DNA of 62,349 nucleotides, the filler included, from Sluysia triapertura (taxonomy: Eukaryota): NCBI GenBank assembly GCA_046118255.1. It is 5 parts of 5 records of this genome, joined end to end, with 100 filler letters (N's around TTAATTAATTAA, not from the genome) between each part and the next. Parts side by side here need not be neighbours in the genome. Positions count along the whole stretch, not along the records: positions 1 to 14,562 come from JBJNIA010255078.1; positions 14,663 to 26,465 come from JBJNIA010169257.1; 3 more parts are not named here. One strand, given 5' to 3'. A program made the position numbers and the translations under genes. Positions within the stretch are counted from its first letter, which is position 1, and each line of letters starts with the position of its first letter. The notes below the pieces were generated by a model, which saw only the letters and a list, made by a program, of their open reading frames with translations, searched no databases and had not been told where the DNA came from. Of the stretch, positions 12,309 through 24,329 are shown piece after piece.

Positions 12309-14562
12309 AAAAGATTTAAAAGAATTCTAGACGAATCCTAGAATCCTAGCTTCTTACAGTGACTCTAATCAATGAAATTGGAATTTAGATTTTTAAGCTT
12401 TCCCGTTCACTCAGGCCATTTGTCCATAAAAATAAATTCTATTTGACGTATTTAAGAATTTCTAATATACCAATGGATTTATCTTTATTAGATTCAGTCA
12501 CTGAAGAATTAAATAACATTATTTTACTTTAGTTATTGAAATTCTACCAGCAATTAGTAATCAAAACCAATTCTCAGGTTTAACAAATTTATTTATTAAA
12601 TTATATTGAAATCACCTCATTAACTACAATTATGGAAATATTAAACTCTGTTAATTTTGATATTACTTTCAATTTTACAATTAGTATATATTGAACAAAT
12701 TGTGAAATTTCTCTTTAAAACCAAATATTAGTTGCAGAATAAGCATTTAATACATTAAAGTAAACAATATATTTTTGTGCAATAGCATTGTAAAATATTG
12801 TATTTACAAAATACATTAAAGACATCAAATTTCACGAAAAAATAGTTGCAGATAATAAAATTAATCATAGACTAGACTAATTTTTTAAATAAGAATGACA
12901 TATGGCCTTGTTTAAAATACCGATTCTATAAAACTGAGCCTATATGTTTTTTGTTAAGCATCTGGTGTTTATAGGTTTTACTTATTATTATTTAGTTTTA
13001 TCATTTGCTTGCAACTTAAATAACGAATTTTGCTCGGATTTTCGTTGCCTTAAGCGAAATGTAAGTGATAACCACTTAGAATTAAACCATTTCAAGTCAT
13101 TTACATATAAAAACAAATTGTGGTATTAAACAAGCAAGGGCAAATTTAGTTTACAGAAACCCAGATTATTATTAGTAAACCAAAATAATAATTAGTAATT
13201 CCACTTAGAATCGGTTATTTACAAGTTTATTTACATTAGAATTAGCATTATTAAAATCTTACAGAATTAAGTTATCAGATATTCACAATGGGCGTAGCGT
13301 TAGAAATTATTTTTTAATCGCATAAATAATTATATTATTTGTTCGAAATGGAGTCACAAATCTTGGTACAATATGTTGAAATAATAGAATAATTGAAAAA
13401 AGTTTTGAGTTTTCTATACTTTTAATTAATAAACGAAATGTAAAATGAACTTAATCTACAAAAGGTCTTAGCAAAAAAAACAATTAACTTTCTTTTATTT
13501 AAAATTTCTGCAACAGTATCTTTAATAATCACAATAACCTTAATAACCACAATCACAATGTTTCTTTGAACGAAACACGATTTCTACACTAAAGAAAATA
13601 AATATTGTGATAATTTGCAAACAAATTAAAGTCCATTGGAGGCTAAACAAACAATTGTTTTAAACAAAAAAAGAAAAAGTTAAGCACAAAACTTTTTAAA
13701 TCTATGATGTTTGAAATCATTATAACATTAGTCACTTAAATCTTATTCATAAAATTCTTAATATTAAAATATTTATAAGTTAAATGCCAGAATTCCTCTG
13801 ATCATAGGTATAGCGAGCAAAATCTTCTTTCCACATACCCACATGACCATGTCTATAATTTGTTACATCAGACAATGCCAAATTTTATAAATAAGATAAT
13901 TATGAGAGTTTATTGAAAAAACAATTTAGTTTTTTTGGTGAAAGCGTTATTTTGTTACAAAAACCAAGAACTTTAACTTTATCTTTTGAATAAATTAAAC
14001 TAACAAAATTATTAAAAACTTTAGGCATAAGGCCTTTTACAACAATTAAAAAGTTTAAAGTAAACAAATTAACCAATTTAACGAAACATATATTGAATAA
14101 AAAAGAAACAAACAGAACAATATATAATAACATACGTGGGTACATCAAAAGGTTCGATAAATAAATAAAAATTAGAAATATAGACTAACTAAAATAAGAA
14201 TTTTGACTTAATCGAAGCGAAAATATCGAAATATCAATGGGTACTAAATTTTACTAAGAGCAAAACGCGTAATCAACTTACTCCATTATTCATAACGCAT
14301 GTCACTAAAAAGCCAAAATGTGCTTCTAAATCATGCATCATTAAAAAACTGTTATGAATGTATTTAATGAAAACTCTTCATTCTTTCTTTAAACATTCAC
14401 AGAATGTGTCAATTTTCACATATTGTGAAGGACATCGAAAATGAAATCATATAGAAACCAAAAGCTTCACTGTTGAATTATCACAAATGAAAATCGCCAT
14501 TTGTTTAATTTATTAGTCATTATTCAATTCATCTAATCTGGCAGCCATTTTGTAACTATTTG

Positions 14563-14662
14563 NNNNNNNNNNNNNNNNNNNNNNNNNNNNNNNNNNNNNN
14601 NNNNNNTTAATTAATTAANNNNNNNNNNNNNNNNNNNNNNNNNNNNNNNNNNNNNNNNNNNN
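14563..14662. other. Artificial contig-joining linker
   Basis: N44-TTAATTAATTAA-N44, with stop codons in all six frames. Confidence 0.97.
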
Positions 14663-15540
14663 GCCATGACAAACTAACATGGAAGGAAATTAAATAATAA
14701 ATGAATTAATATATAATGAAAATAATTATTGTGATATTAGAGAACACATGATTTATAATTTTTAAATTTCAATTAAATTAATTGAATAAAATAACCGATT
14801 ACAAAATCGAATTTACTTTTATTTATACATTGAATTAATTTAGAGTTTTACATTTCAATAATCAATTGTAGAACTATGAAAAATATTCGTGAAGTACATA
14901 GTGTCGAGTCGAATGTCTTCTGTGTTTATCAAACATCTTCTCATCTATCTGATTTATGGAAAATATTTATGAAAATACTTAATAAAAAATAAATCAATAT
15001 TAACATGTTTAATCATGAAAACTATATAATTATAATCTTTGAAAACAAAGCAAGTTTAACAATGCATTGTAATTATGATTATAAGAAATGAATACATTCA
15101 AAATAATAAGAATTGCGCGTGTTAAAGAAGCTGCCATGTTTAATAAAGTTATAACATTTACAAGTACTCATTTTTATTTATTATCGTTTTTATAAAAGTA
15201 AATACATTGATAGTATTATTGTGGTGAGATTCTGCTGTGAGTTTGAAACAAATCGCATTACTTAGTATCATTTATTGTTAATTTAGTTTATGGACAATAA
15301 GTTTGACATTTTATGTGCATATTATTTAGATGATGTATGAGATGTAATAATGATTAGTTAAATATATGTGCAGATATGCGAGTAATGATTATAATCCGCC
15401 GAATAAGCATGTTATTTAAAAATTATGGCGATTATTACGATGACGATAATTGTGACTATATTGCTGATATTTATATTTCAACGTAAATTATTATTAATTT
15501 ATGCTTAAAAATCAATAATTATGAAGTTGATATTTTAATT

Positions 15541-16110
15541 ATGAGAGCAGTACAAATTTTAGTTTTGATTGTCGTAATAACGACTTGTATAGTAGTGATT
15601 TATTTTTGTTATTCACTTAAATGGCCGAATTCTAATAAATTTCAATTGATCAAAAAAGTAAAATTACTAAATGACAATCAATCATTTACTAAATCATGTT
15701 ATCAAAATTTGTTACTAAGACATGACATTTTGTCGAATTATGTGAAGTATAATATAAGTACTACGAAACAAAAATTACGAATTTGGCTAGATATGGTATC
15801 ATGTTGGCAAGCTATCTTAATCATCATCACAAATAAACCCGTTTATTCTCTTGCTTTATTTAACCAATTAATAACATTGTTATTTTCCAAGATTTGTTTA
15901 GCAATTATACCCATGATAGACAATTATAAAAATAATACGTTTTTTCATTTTCCGTTGTGTTTGCAATAGTTATTCAAACTGTTATATATTTTTTTGTTAT
16001 ATCTTATCGTTTTATAAATAAAATATCAAATATTGTCGTTTATTTAAATTCCTTACTTTTTAAAGGCATTAGGCCTAATCCGTTGATAAAAATTTTTTTG
16101 GTATTAATTA
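15541..16110 (+). pseudogene. Disrupted multi-pass membrane protein of a repeated lineage-specific family
   Basis: Two overlapping hydrophobic ORFs; segments QKLRIWLDM and KGIRP have counterparts at 5.7-6.2 kb (+) and 13.9-14.4 kb (-). Confidence 0.35.
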
Positions 16111-16195
16111 AATTGTTAAACTATTTTAATAAAAAATTTAAAATAAACAAAAATATTAATAGTTTATTTGAATTAAATTACTTAATGCCCTCCAT

Positions 16196-16330
16196 AGTGC
16201 CATTTGGTAAAATTGACTATAATAAAATAAATTTGTTAGACGGAGCTGATAACTCAGTGATAAAGCATCGACTGCGCAGACAGAGGTCTCGGGTTCGATC
16301 CCCGGTCAGTCCATTTTATGAAGTCTAACA
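16196..16330 (+). mobile_element. tRNA-Ala-derived element with inverted termini, copy 2
   Basis: TGTTAGAC(16234)..GTCTAACA(16330); A box mutated, B box GGTTCGATCC present; upstream arm GTGCCATTTGGTAAAATTGACTAT. Confidence 0.85.
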
Positions 16331-16885
16331 GATATATTTAAATAATTACTTCATACTGTTTAAATTTGTTTTAATGTTTTATATCTAACAGTTTGACAAT
16401 ACCAACAAAATTAGTTTCTAGGTTCCAATATTAAATTTCGTAACAGCTTTCTAAATGATTTCCAACATGAAAATTGAACTTCGGTACGATATTTAAATTT
16501 GCTGATGCACTTATGAATTTCCGAAAATTAAATTAGAAAAAGTAGATAAGGTTTAAAATGTGTTGAGCTAAAATATCTTAAACATTAAAAACAAAATTCT
16601 TAAAATATCCCTTATGTATTTGTTTGTATTATAAATTTGTAAGTACTTGTAAAATATTGTTTAAATATTTAATTATTTTATAAATTTATTTAAATTTAAT
16701 TTGTCATTAAATAATATTTACACATGAAAAATATTTTCCACAATAATATATTTTAATTTCTATTGCAATTATAATTATTATTTTTAACAATGAATATTTA
16801 AAATAATAATTGTAGAATCAAGATTGAGAAATTGTGATTTAAATTGTGCAAATATATATTTTGAATATTTGTCTTGATAAAATTT

Positions 16886-17721
16886 ATGATTAGGAAGAAG
16901 TTTTGGAGTTGTGTTTTGTTTGGTGCATGTTCTTTAGTATACTTTGATGTACATAAAAAATTTTACTTTACTTGTTTAGCAGAAATTTATGACCCCTTTA
17001 AAATATCTAAACCGTGGAATTATGATTGGGATTTAAATAGAGATTCTGTTGATTATGCAAATAGTAAAGCAAATAGGCACATAATATTAATTAGACACGG
17101 TCAATATAATATGAATCAGGATGATAAGTTGTGTACCTTAACAAAATTAGGCAGGTCACAAGCTGAATATACTGGAAAGCGGTTAAATGAGTTGAACATC
17201 AGTTTGCTTTTAATTTTTTGATAACACTTGATGAAGATTTCAGCTTAATTCATTCATCCATGACAAGAGCTCGTGAAACGGCTGAGTGTATTTTAAAGGA
17301 GTTATCTGTTCAACCGAAATCAGTTAATTGTGATCCAGAATTAATAGAAGGATGTCCTTATAAACCAGAACCACCTCCTATTAATTTTCAGATAGATGAT
17401 CAGGTGGCAAAAGCTGACAATATGCGTTTGACGAAAGCTTTTCAAAAATATTTTTATCGAGCTCCAAATTCACAAAAAGAAGATAGTTACGAAGTCCTAG
17501 TTTGTCACGCTAACGTTATTAGGTACTTCTTGTGTTGTTGTTTACAGTTTCCACGAGAAGGATGGATAAGGTATTAAGTTATATTGTTTGATAATGATAA
17601 TAGATTTACTTTGGATCACGGAAGTATTACGTGGGTTACTATTCGACCTAATGGTTGTATTAGTATAAAAGGTATTGGGAATTCTGGCTTTATGCCTGCA
17701 GATAAAATATCTTTTATATGA
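16886..17721 (+). CDS. PGAM5: Mitochondrial serine/threonine protein phosphatase PGAM5 (histidine phosphatase superfamily); exons 16886-17201, 17237-17570, 17604-17721
   Basis: N-terminal hydrophobic segment, WNYDWD (WDXNWD-like) motif, catalytic LIRHGQY, SSMTRARETA, LVCHANVIRYF, then LDHGSITWVTIRPNG..GNSGFMP. Removing two GT-AG introns (17202-17236, 35 nt; 17571-17603, 33 nt) gives one open frame ending in TGA. Confidence 0.95.
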
Positions 17722-19183
17722 TTTATAATTAAGTTTCAAACTTCATACAAGTGTACCAAATTCTAATATAAATATTAATAAATATTATTTAGCATTTTCT
17801 TTCAGCAATATTTTATTTAATGGTTATTGTATGTTATTAATATTAGTGATGAAATTTATACTTAAATGTAATTTTAGTTCTATTATTCCTCAGTTTAAGT
17901 TTATTTTAATTGTCAATTTTTAGCACTACCTTCGCATCCTTTTATATAATGTTGAACTAAGCAGAAAGACTTCTTTATCCGGTATGACTTCAGTAATTAT
18001 TAACTTTCGATAAATATTAATTGTCTTCAAATGGTATTCGAGCCTATTCGCAGTACTCTGATGACTACTTTAAATTCTATCTATTATCTCAAAATCTTAT
18101 ACTAGAAACGGAGCGGTATTTTATGATGTACTAAATATGACTTATGCTAATATAGTTACAAGCTTAAGCTCTACAGTTAATTATTTGTGTGCAACTTCAA
18201 GACTTAGGTTTATTAAAATCTTTCCTTCGCATATGTTTTCTGTCTTAATAGTATATTAAATTTTTTAAACTTTCATCACTAATTATCTTCAGAAATTAAG
18301 AATTATTTTATTAATTAATTATATTGAAGTAAATCAAATTAAAATAACTAATAATAAAAAGGGCGGCACACAGATAGTGTTGTCGAAGCTTTATAATAAA
18401 ATTTAACTCTCAACTTTGATATACAATTAAAGTTTATAAAAAGGAGTCTAAAAAATGAGTACTTGAGAGATGCAGGAAGAATTAATACAAAATTATGGGT
18501 AAAAAATGATAAAATGTTGTTGGTGAAGGTGAAAGTATCTTATTGAATATGAGATTGTTATAAAAAGTATATCTATAAATGAACTTCAAATGTTTGTAGA
18601 ATGAGAATGAGAACCTTAAACATTATCCATTAGAATATTGGGTATGAAAAACTGAACGTGAATTGAATTTTAAAAATTAAAGCGATGGATAGCTGCTTAG
18701 ATACCAGCGAAAGAAAATCCAACTTGCATTTTAACTTATTGAGTGTAATGGAATAATTATGAAATAAGACGAACAGAATTCTCAGAGCAGAAATAGACGT
18801 TTTTAATAGCTGCATAATACTGAATAAAACAAAACGAAATAAGGTAATAAAGATAAAGAATATTTCGTAAGTTTTTCGCATTTGTAACTATGGCGACAGT
18901 TTAGGAAAATATTTTTATTTATAAATTATCCCATATTATTTATAAATTATTTATCAAACGAACAATAAAAGAATCAGGCACGTTACATATTATACTTAAT
19001 ATTAAGGGTGGTTGATCATCAGAATTCTTTAAATTTATCGCCCATAAAAAATGTACTTCTATAACGGATAAGATCATATTAGCAGCTTCGACATTTAGAA
19101 ATTCTATTCAACTTAAAATTAACTTACGCTTTACTGTGTGTATGTTTAGGTTCTATTTATTTAAATATATTTTAGTTAATTTT

Positions 19184-19521
19184 CACAACCCTTTTTAAGG
19201 TGATGTTAAACAAAAATATCACTTTATATTTACGCAACCCTTCTTAAGGTGTTGCTTTAAAAATAAATCAGTTTTAAATTTTAAATCAAAAATTACGCAA
19301 CAGTTAAGGTGTTGCTTCAAAAACAAATCAGTTTAATAAATTTGTTAAAACTAAAAACAGATTAACCCTCTTAAGGTGTATTATTTAAACTAAAAAGAAA
19401 AAAACCTTATAAAGTTTAATAAAAGTATAATAATGATAATGATTTTTATTCACGAACTCAACCTCAGTTGACAGTAATTTGATTTTAATAGTAAATTTCA
19501 CAACCCTTATTAAGATGTTGC
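19184..19521. repeat. Array of imperfect palindromes GCAAC-N12-GTTGC with a (C)TTAAG core
   Basis: Copies at ~19184, 19234-19255 (GCAACCCTTCTTAAGGTGTTGC), 19297, 19364 and 19500, plus TCAAC-N4-GTTGA at 19458. Confidence 0.85.
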
Positions 19522-20049
19522 ATAAAAAGAAAAATTAATTTTAGTATTCCCTAGCGGTGAATACGACACTCTATAACAAAAAATTACTTGGTATTCATGG
19601 ACAATAAATGGTTCATCAAAAAATTTTATTGAATCTTCAAAAAATCTTTACAAAGTGAATTCTATTTTCCTAGAAAAACATTTGTGTGTGTGAAAATTAA
19701 ATTATTCTTACCTTTTTAAATTGCTGTTCGCCATTTTTGTCCATTTAATTTTTTGATAAATTAAAACAAAATAATAAATTAAAACAAATTAAAATATTTT
19801 ATCAATTTATTTAATACTTTTTACAAATTAAACTATTAATTTATTAAAATTTTATTTCAAGTATTTATAATAATTATTTCAAAATATAAATTGAATATTA
19901 AAATATTTTTTAATAAATATTTATTTTAATATTTACAAACCTAACAAATATTAATTGTAATAAAAATAATATTTATATAATAATATTCATACAAAATATA
20001 AAAATAACACTATTTACACAAAATATAAATATAGACAAAATATATAATT

Positions 20050-21530
20050 AAAATTGAAACTTGGCAAATACTTTCCCTTTCAGGAAGATTCGTCCTCCAA
20101 TAAGATAAATGTCTAAAAAATTATTATAAACAACAAGCACATTATTATGATAATCAATTTAATGTCGGTTTAGTCTAAGTCTACAGAGTCGCTATCTTCG
20201 TCGAGGAGTTAGTCGAAACGGAAAAGTCATTGAGTGCCTTCATTGGCGTGAAATTTTCGAGAAAGCGGAGTAGAATGATGAATGTGTATATCAGTTTTTT
20301 GTTTCCGGATATTGATTGATTTTGGTGAGTGAGGTACGTGTGTTAATAATGTTGTAAACGAGGTTATACTTGCTGTTGTTGGCTGACTCGGTGGTGCGGC
20401 ACTCGTTGATGTTCAATGATTGTTCATAAGAGATGTCGTCTTTAATTTGTGGAGTGATGATCTCGAATCGGAAGATATTATAACAGAAGAAGTAGGAGAA
20501 GAAATAAGTTTTAACTTTTTTGAAGGAGGAGAGACAAGTGTGGATGAGTGTTAGAGTTAGAGGAACTTGATTTAAAAAGAGTAGGAGGGGCCTTGTTGCA
20601 ACGGGTAATAAATTGTATATCCTGTTCCCTAATGTAATCAAGCAGGGTCACCAATTCTGTGACCATCTGCCATCAAGTCAACACTGGCCAAATGGGAAAG
20701 GTTAGCCGCAGTGTTTGACACGTCCTGACAAAGATATTGTCGGTCGAAAAGGAATTAAATTATGGTTAGACAAGTTTATAATTCCCTTCATTAATCCAAA
20801 GGTAATATCCATATCCTCGATTATAAACTGGGGATTCTTGTTACGCAGAATCCCCAGGATTTGAGGGCGGACATCGTCGATGTCCTCAGCCTGTCTGAGA
20901 TCGACGTCCGTAACTACTGGTATATTGCGACGAAAATTTTGGATTCGACATCGTGGCTTAATACGGGCTTCGGTGTTTATTATAGGGGGTACAAGTGATA
21001 CAGATAATCTGCAGCCTGTTCAAACAATCTGTTTCATATTGAAATGCCACATATGCAGAGAGGGTTGGTACGTGAGTATAAGAGGAACCACTCTTCCAAC
21101 GGCTCATGTTAGCAACGTCATCAACAAAAGGGAGGAAAGAAAGGAATATAAGTGAGGTAGTGCAATGCTCCTGCTGTTACCTCAGAAAGATGTAGAGTTG
21201 ATAATTCCTCCAAACGCAACAACAATCGCTAAGGTCACTTTAATCGCTCCCGCACAGAGACTATATAGAGGGTATCAAAAGAGTTGGGAATGTTAAGAAG
21301 ATCACGTAGGGAAATAAAAGAGGAATCAGATGCCAAATTGTCTGTAAGCTCAGACTTAAGCTTACAATAAGTAATAAAAGAATTAGGAAAGAAGGTAGAA
21401 GTAGCATTAGTAGAACAAAAACTCTCTATTGCTGTATAAAAGGTTCTCACTTGATTAATTACTTTGGCCTGGGGTCGGTAATTGTGTTGTGATTGATGTT
21501 TTGATTTTTGTAAATTTGAACTGAAGTAAA
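20050..21530 (-). pseudogene. Decayed Gag-like gene: helical N-terminal region, RG-rich linker, zinc-knuckle remnants, S/P/T-rich tail
   Basis: Fragments RTFYTAIESF, VRERLK*P*RLLLRLEELS, KHCG..SHLAS, GHRIGDPA, PPSKKLKL and LLDEDSDSVDLD; GC content visibly above the flanks; no protease or RT follows. Confidence 0.4.
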
Positions 21531-21699
21531 ATGAATTGCAATAAATGACTAAGACAAAATAAAACAGTGTAACTATACAAGTTATTGTTATTATTTTAGT
21601 CTTTGTTTATTTAATCAATTTCATTTTAATAAACAATAATATTTAAAAAGAATTAATATTGCTTTAAAAATGGGTTATTGCATAGTCGTGTATTCTTCC

Positions 21700-22190
21700 T
21701 ATAAAATTTTTTAAGCTGGCGTATTCGGTAATTAGGCCTTTGCGATTTTTATTATTCCTGTCGGATAACCAGGCATTGGCACCTGAAATCCGTTATATAG
21801 GACATTAACGCCAAGGAAAGTTGGAGGCTGATAAATATCAACACTCTTATTCTCCTAAAGCCCATGATAGGCTACAACAAGAGTTAAGTTTGGTCTGATA
21901 TACTTTATGGTGAATTCGTAGGATCTACGAAAATATTTATTGTAATAAATGTCACATTCTGTAATTGTAACTCGACATAAAGGACAAGGAGGTAAAAGAG
22001 TTAAAGCGGAGTTAAATAAAAAATACAGACATCGAAAGTGGAAAGGTGTCTGCAAGGTATTGCGATGGCGTAATATTTGTGGATTGGTCTGCGGCATATT
22101 GAGCAAAGTGTAAATCGTAAAAAAGTGTCGTTTTGCTAAAAATAAAAATTATATGATAAGATAATACCTACATAAGAACGATCAATTAAT
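21700..22190 (-). pseudogene. RING-H2 finger gene with one frameshift
   Basis: CSICRRPIHKYYAIAIPCRH/FHFRCLYFLFNSALTLLPPCPLCRVTI (21975-22105) has C3H2C3 spacing; preceded by a ~35-nt GT-AG intron. Confidence 0.75.
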
Positions 22191-22299
22191 AAAATTAATT
22201 TAAATAGAACACTTAATATAGTAGTATAAGTTTATTCTAATTAATAAAATATGCATACACTAATTAAGAACTTACTCTAACTAAATGATTGACGCTATG

Positions 22300-23390
22300 A
22301 AGTATGTGATTTTAATAAAATATGAGCTTCAACACCATCCTACTCACAACCGAAAATGGACAGGTAACAGCCGTCACACATGGTTAGTGAACAGGAAAAT
22401 GCTATTACTCATATTTTATATCTTATATAATTTATACCTTAATGAAAAAATGATTCTTATAAATTAATAAAACTTATGAATTTGAAATATAACAAGTATA
22501 ACTGAAGTAACTAAGCGGAAACTTAATAAAATGTGATAACTAAATATAGAATGAAGTAGTATATATATAGTATAAATATAGTATGAACTTAAACGTGAGT
22601 AATTATAAGATTGTAGACTTATATTCTTATTTGGAATAGTAACATAATTGGTAGTTATAGCATTTTTTTAATATTTAATATACTTAAGGTGGTAGTGATT
22701 GTAGCTAGTGCTGGATAATTGATAATGTCTAAGTTGTCCAAAATTGCACACTTTATACTCCTGCCAAAATATAAGAGTATTGTGAATCTCATTGTAACGT
22801 AAGATCCAAATTTCAATAAATGTGAGATTATATTCTGGCATACAACAGATGAATACCGGTGTTGGGAAGTATTAGCGCATAATGTTGCTCTTTGCCAGAT
22901 AGTTCATCGAAGTTTTTTCTAGAAAGATTCTTTTTCTCTGATTCGTAACTAATTAATATGTTATGTTTCATTAAGGGATTTGATATATGAACAAATTTAA
23001 TAGTTGTCGAAAGTTTATTAAAAGTATATGGTTTTGTTCTAATTCTGTAGGTATGTATGGATTTAGTTTTTAAATCCCAATTTGTCATAAATTCTAAATA
23101 TAGAGTGACGTTAAATGATTGATTTTCCAAAAGACCGTCGCAAGAGACAATCCAGTATCTGGTGTATTTATTTATATCTGACTCAAAATTGCACTACTTA
23201 GTTAAACAACAATTCATTGTGATATTAGTAATCAAAGCAGTATTTCTTTGTGTTTTCCGTATATAGTGCGTTTTTTATAGTGCCTTTAATGTAATTCGTG
23301 GTTTTACTATTATCGGTTGTGTATGTACGTTAATTATACAAGTCATACATATACATGCCGACTTGACAGACTGTAAGCTAGTCATTTTCC
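22300..23390 (-). pseudogene. Decayed predicted surface glycoprotein-like gene
   Basis: ORF 22828-23130 extended upstream reads ..NITMNCC..RYWIVSCDGLLENQSFNVTLY..YRIRTKP, with several N-x-S/T sequons and an FN3-like beta pattern; inference only. Confidence 0.3.
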
Positions 23391-23620
23391 ATCCTCCATA
23401 TACTAAAGGTGAATGATTATTCGTTGCATATTCATAGACAGTCGGTGGTCTTACTGGGAATCCTGGTGGCGGTTCATAATTGTTTCTATGTGGAATGGTG
23501 TACTAATCGTCATCGTCGTTGTGATTGTATGGTAAACAGGGTTATCTACATCTGTTTGATACGAACATAATAATTGCGAGTATAACAATTGACAATGCAA
23601 TTGTTGTGGTAAAAGGCCTA

Positions 23621-23796
23621 AAAGTGCCAAGTAGTATAATTGAATATATTGAAAATGAAATAGTTAGACGGGGCTGATAGCTCAGTGGTAGAGCATTCGC
23701 ACTGCGCATCGAAGGTTCCGGGTTCGATCCTCGGTCAGTCCATTTTACGAAGTCTAACAATAGTCAATTGTACTATCATTATTCTAAATGGCTCTT
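23621..23796 (+). mobile_element. tRNA-Ala-derived element with inverted termini, copy 3 (both outer arms present)
   Basis: tRNA-like core at 23671-23742 with intact acceptor, D and T stems followed by TTTT; inner IR GTTAGAC/GTCTAAC; right arm ATAGTCAATTGTACTATCATTATTCTAAATGGC is the reverse complement of the family left arm. Confidence 0.88.
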
Positions 23797-24329
23797 AATA
23801 ATTATACGATTTATTAATGATTGTGATACTAGTATCTTATATTAATAAAACGTTATAAAAAATTTTAAGTATATATAGTAACCGTTAATTTACTTAAGAG
23901 AAAAAACTTATTAAGATATGACTTACAATTACAAGATGTGATTCAGACGATTACTACGTGCACTTTACATAAACAACAATCAGCTACATGGAAAAAATCA
24001 CAAAAATACATTACAATGTATCTCATTTACATCATCACATAACATTACAGTATTCACCACACTTTCAGCATTACATTTCAATTATAGCTACAAGATCATA
24101 AACTATAAACTTATAATTATCTCCAAGTCATCCCATCATCACTATAGCACTAAACCTTTCTCATATGTTGTATTTTATATTTTTATATATTTTATCGAGA
24201 AATTTATAAAAAATGGTCAAAACATTGACCTTATTACTAAAATTAGTTCTTCACAAATTTTTAAAATGAATAATTGGGAATTTTTGAAATGAACGAATAA
24301 GAATTTTAAAAATCGAAAAACAAAAAGGT

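Noticed and set aside
14563-14662. TTAATTAATTAA palindrome inside N-runs, four times in the window
   Set aside because: Identical 100-nt all-frame-stop linker added during assembly concatenation; not biological, and synteny across it cannot be assumed.
18058-18112. Hammerhead ribozyme (CTGATGA..GAAA) here and at ~30480(-)
   Set aside because: No convincing stems I-III could be formed around the cores.
19184-19521. Spaced palindromes as a CRISPR-like array
   Set aside because: Repeats are degenerate, spacing is irregular and the spacers are low-complexity and partly similar to each other.
23542-23760. ORFs 23542-23760(-) and the 3' end of 15957-16328(+)
   Set aside because: They run through the tRNA-derived element, so those parts are translations of non-coding repeat.
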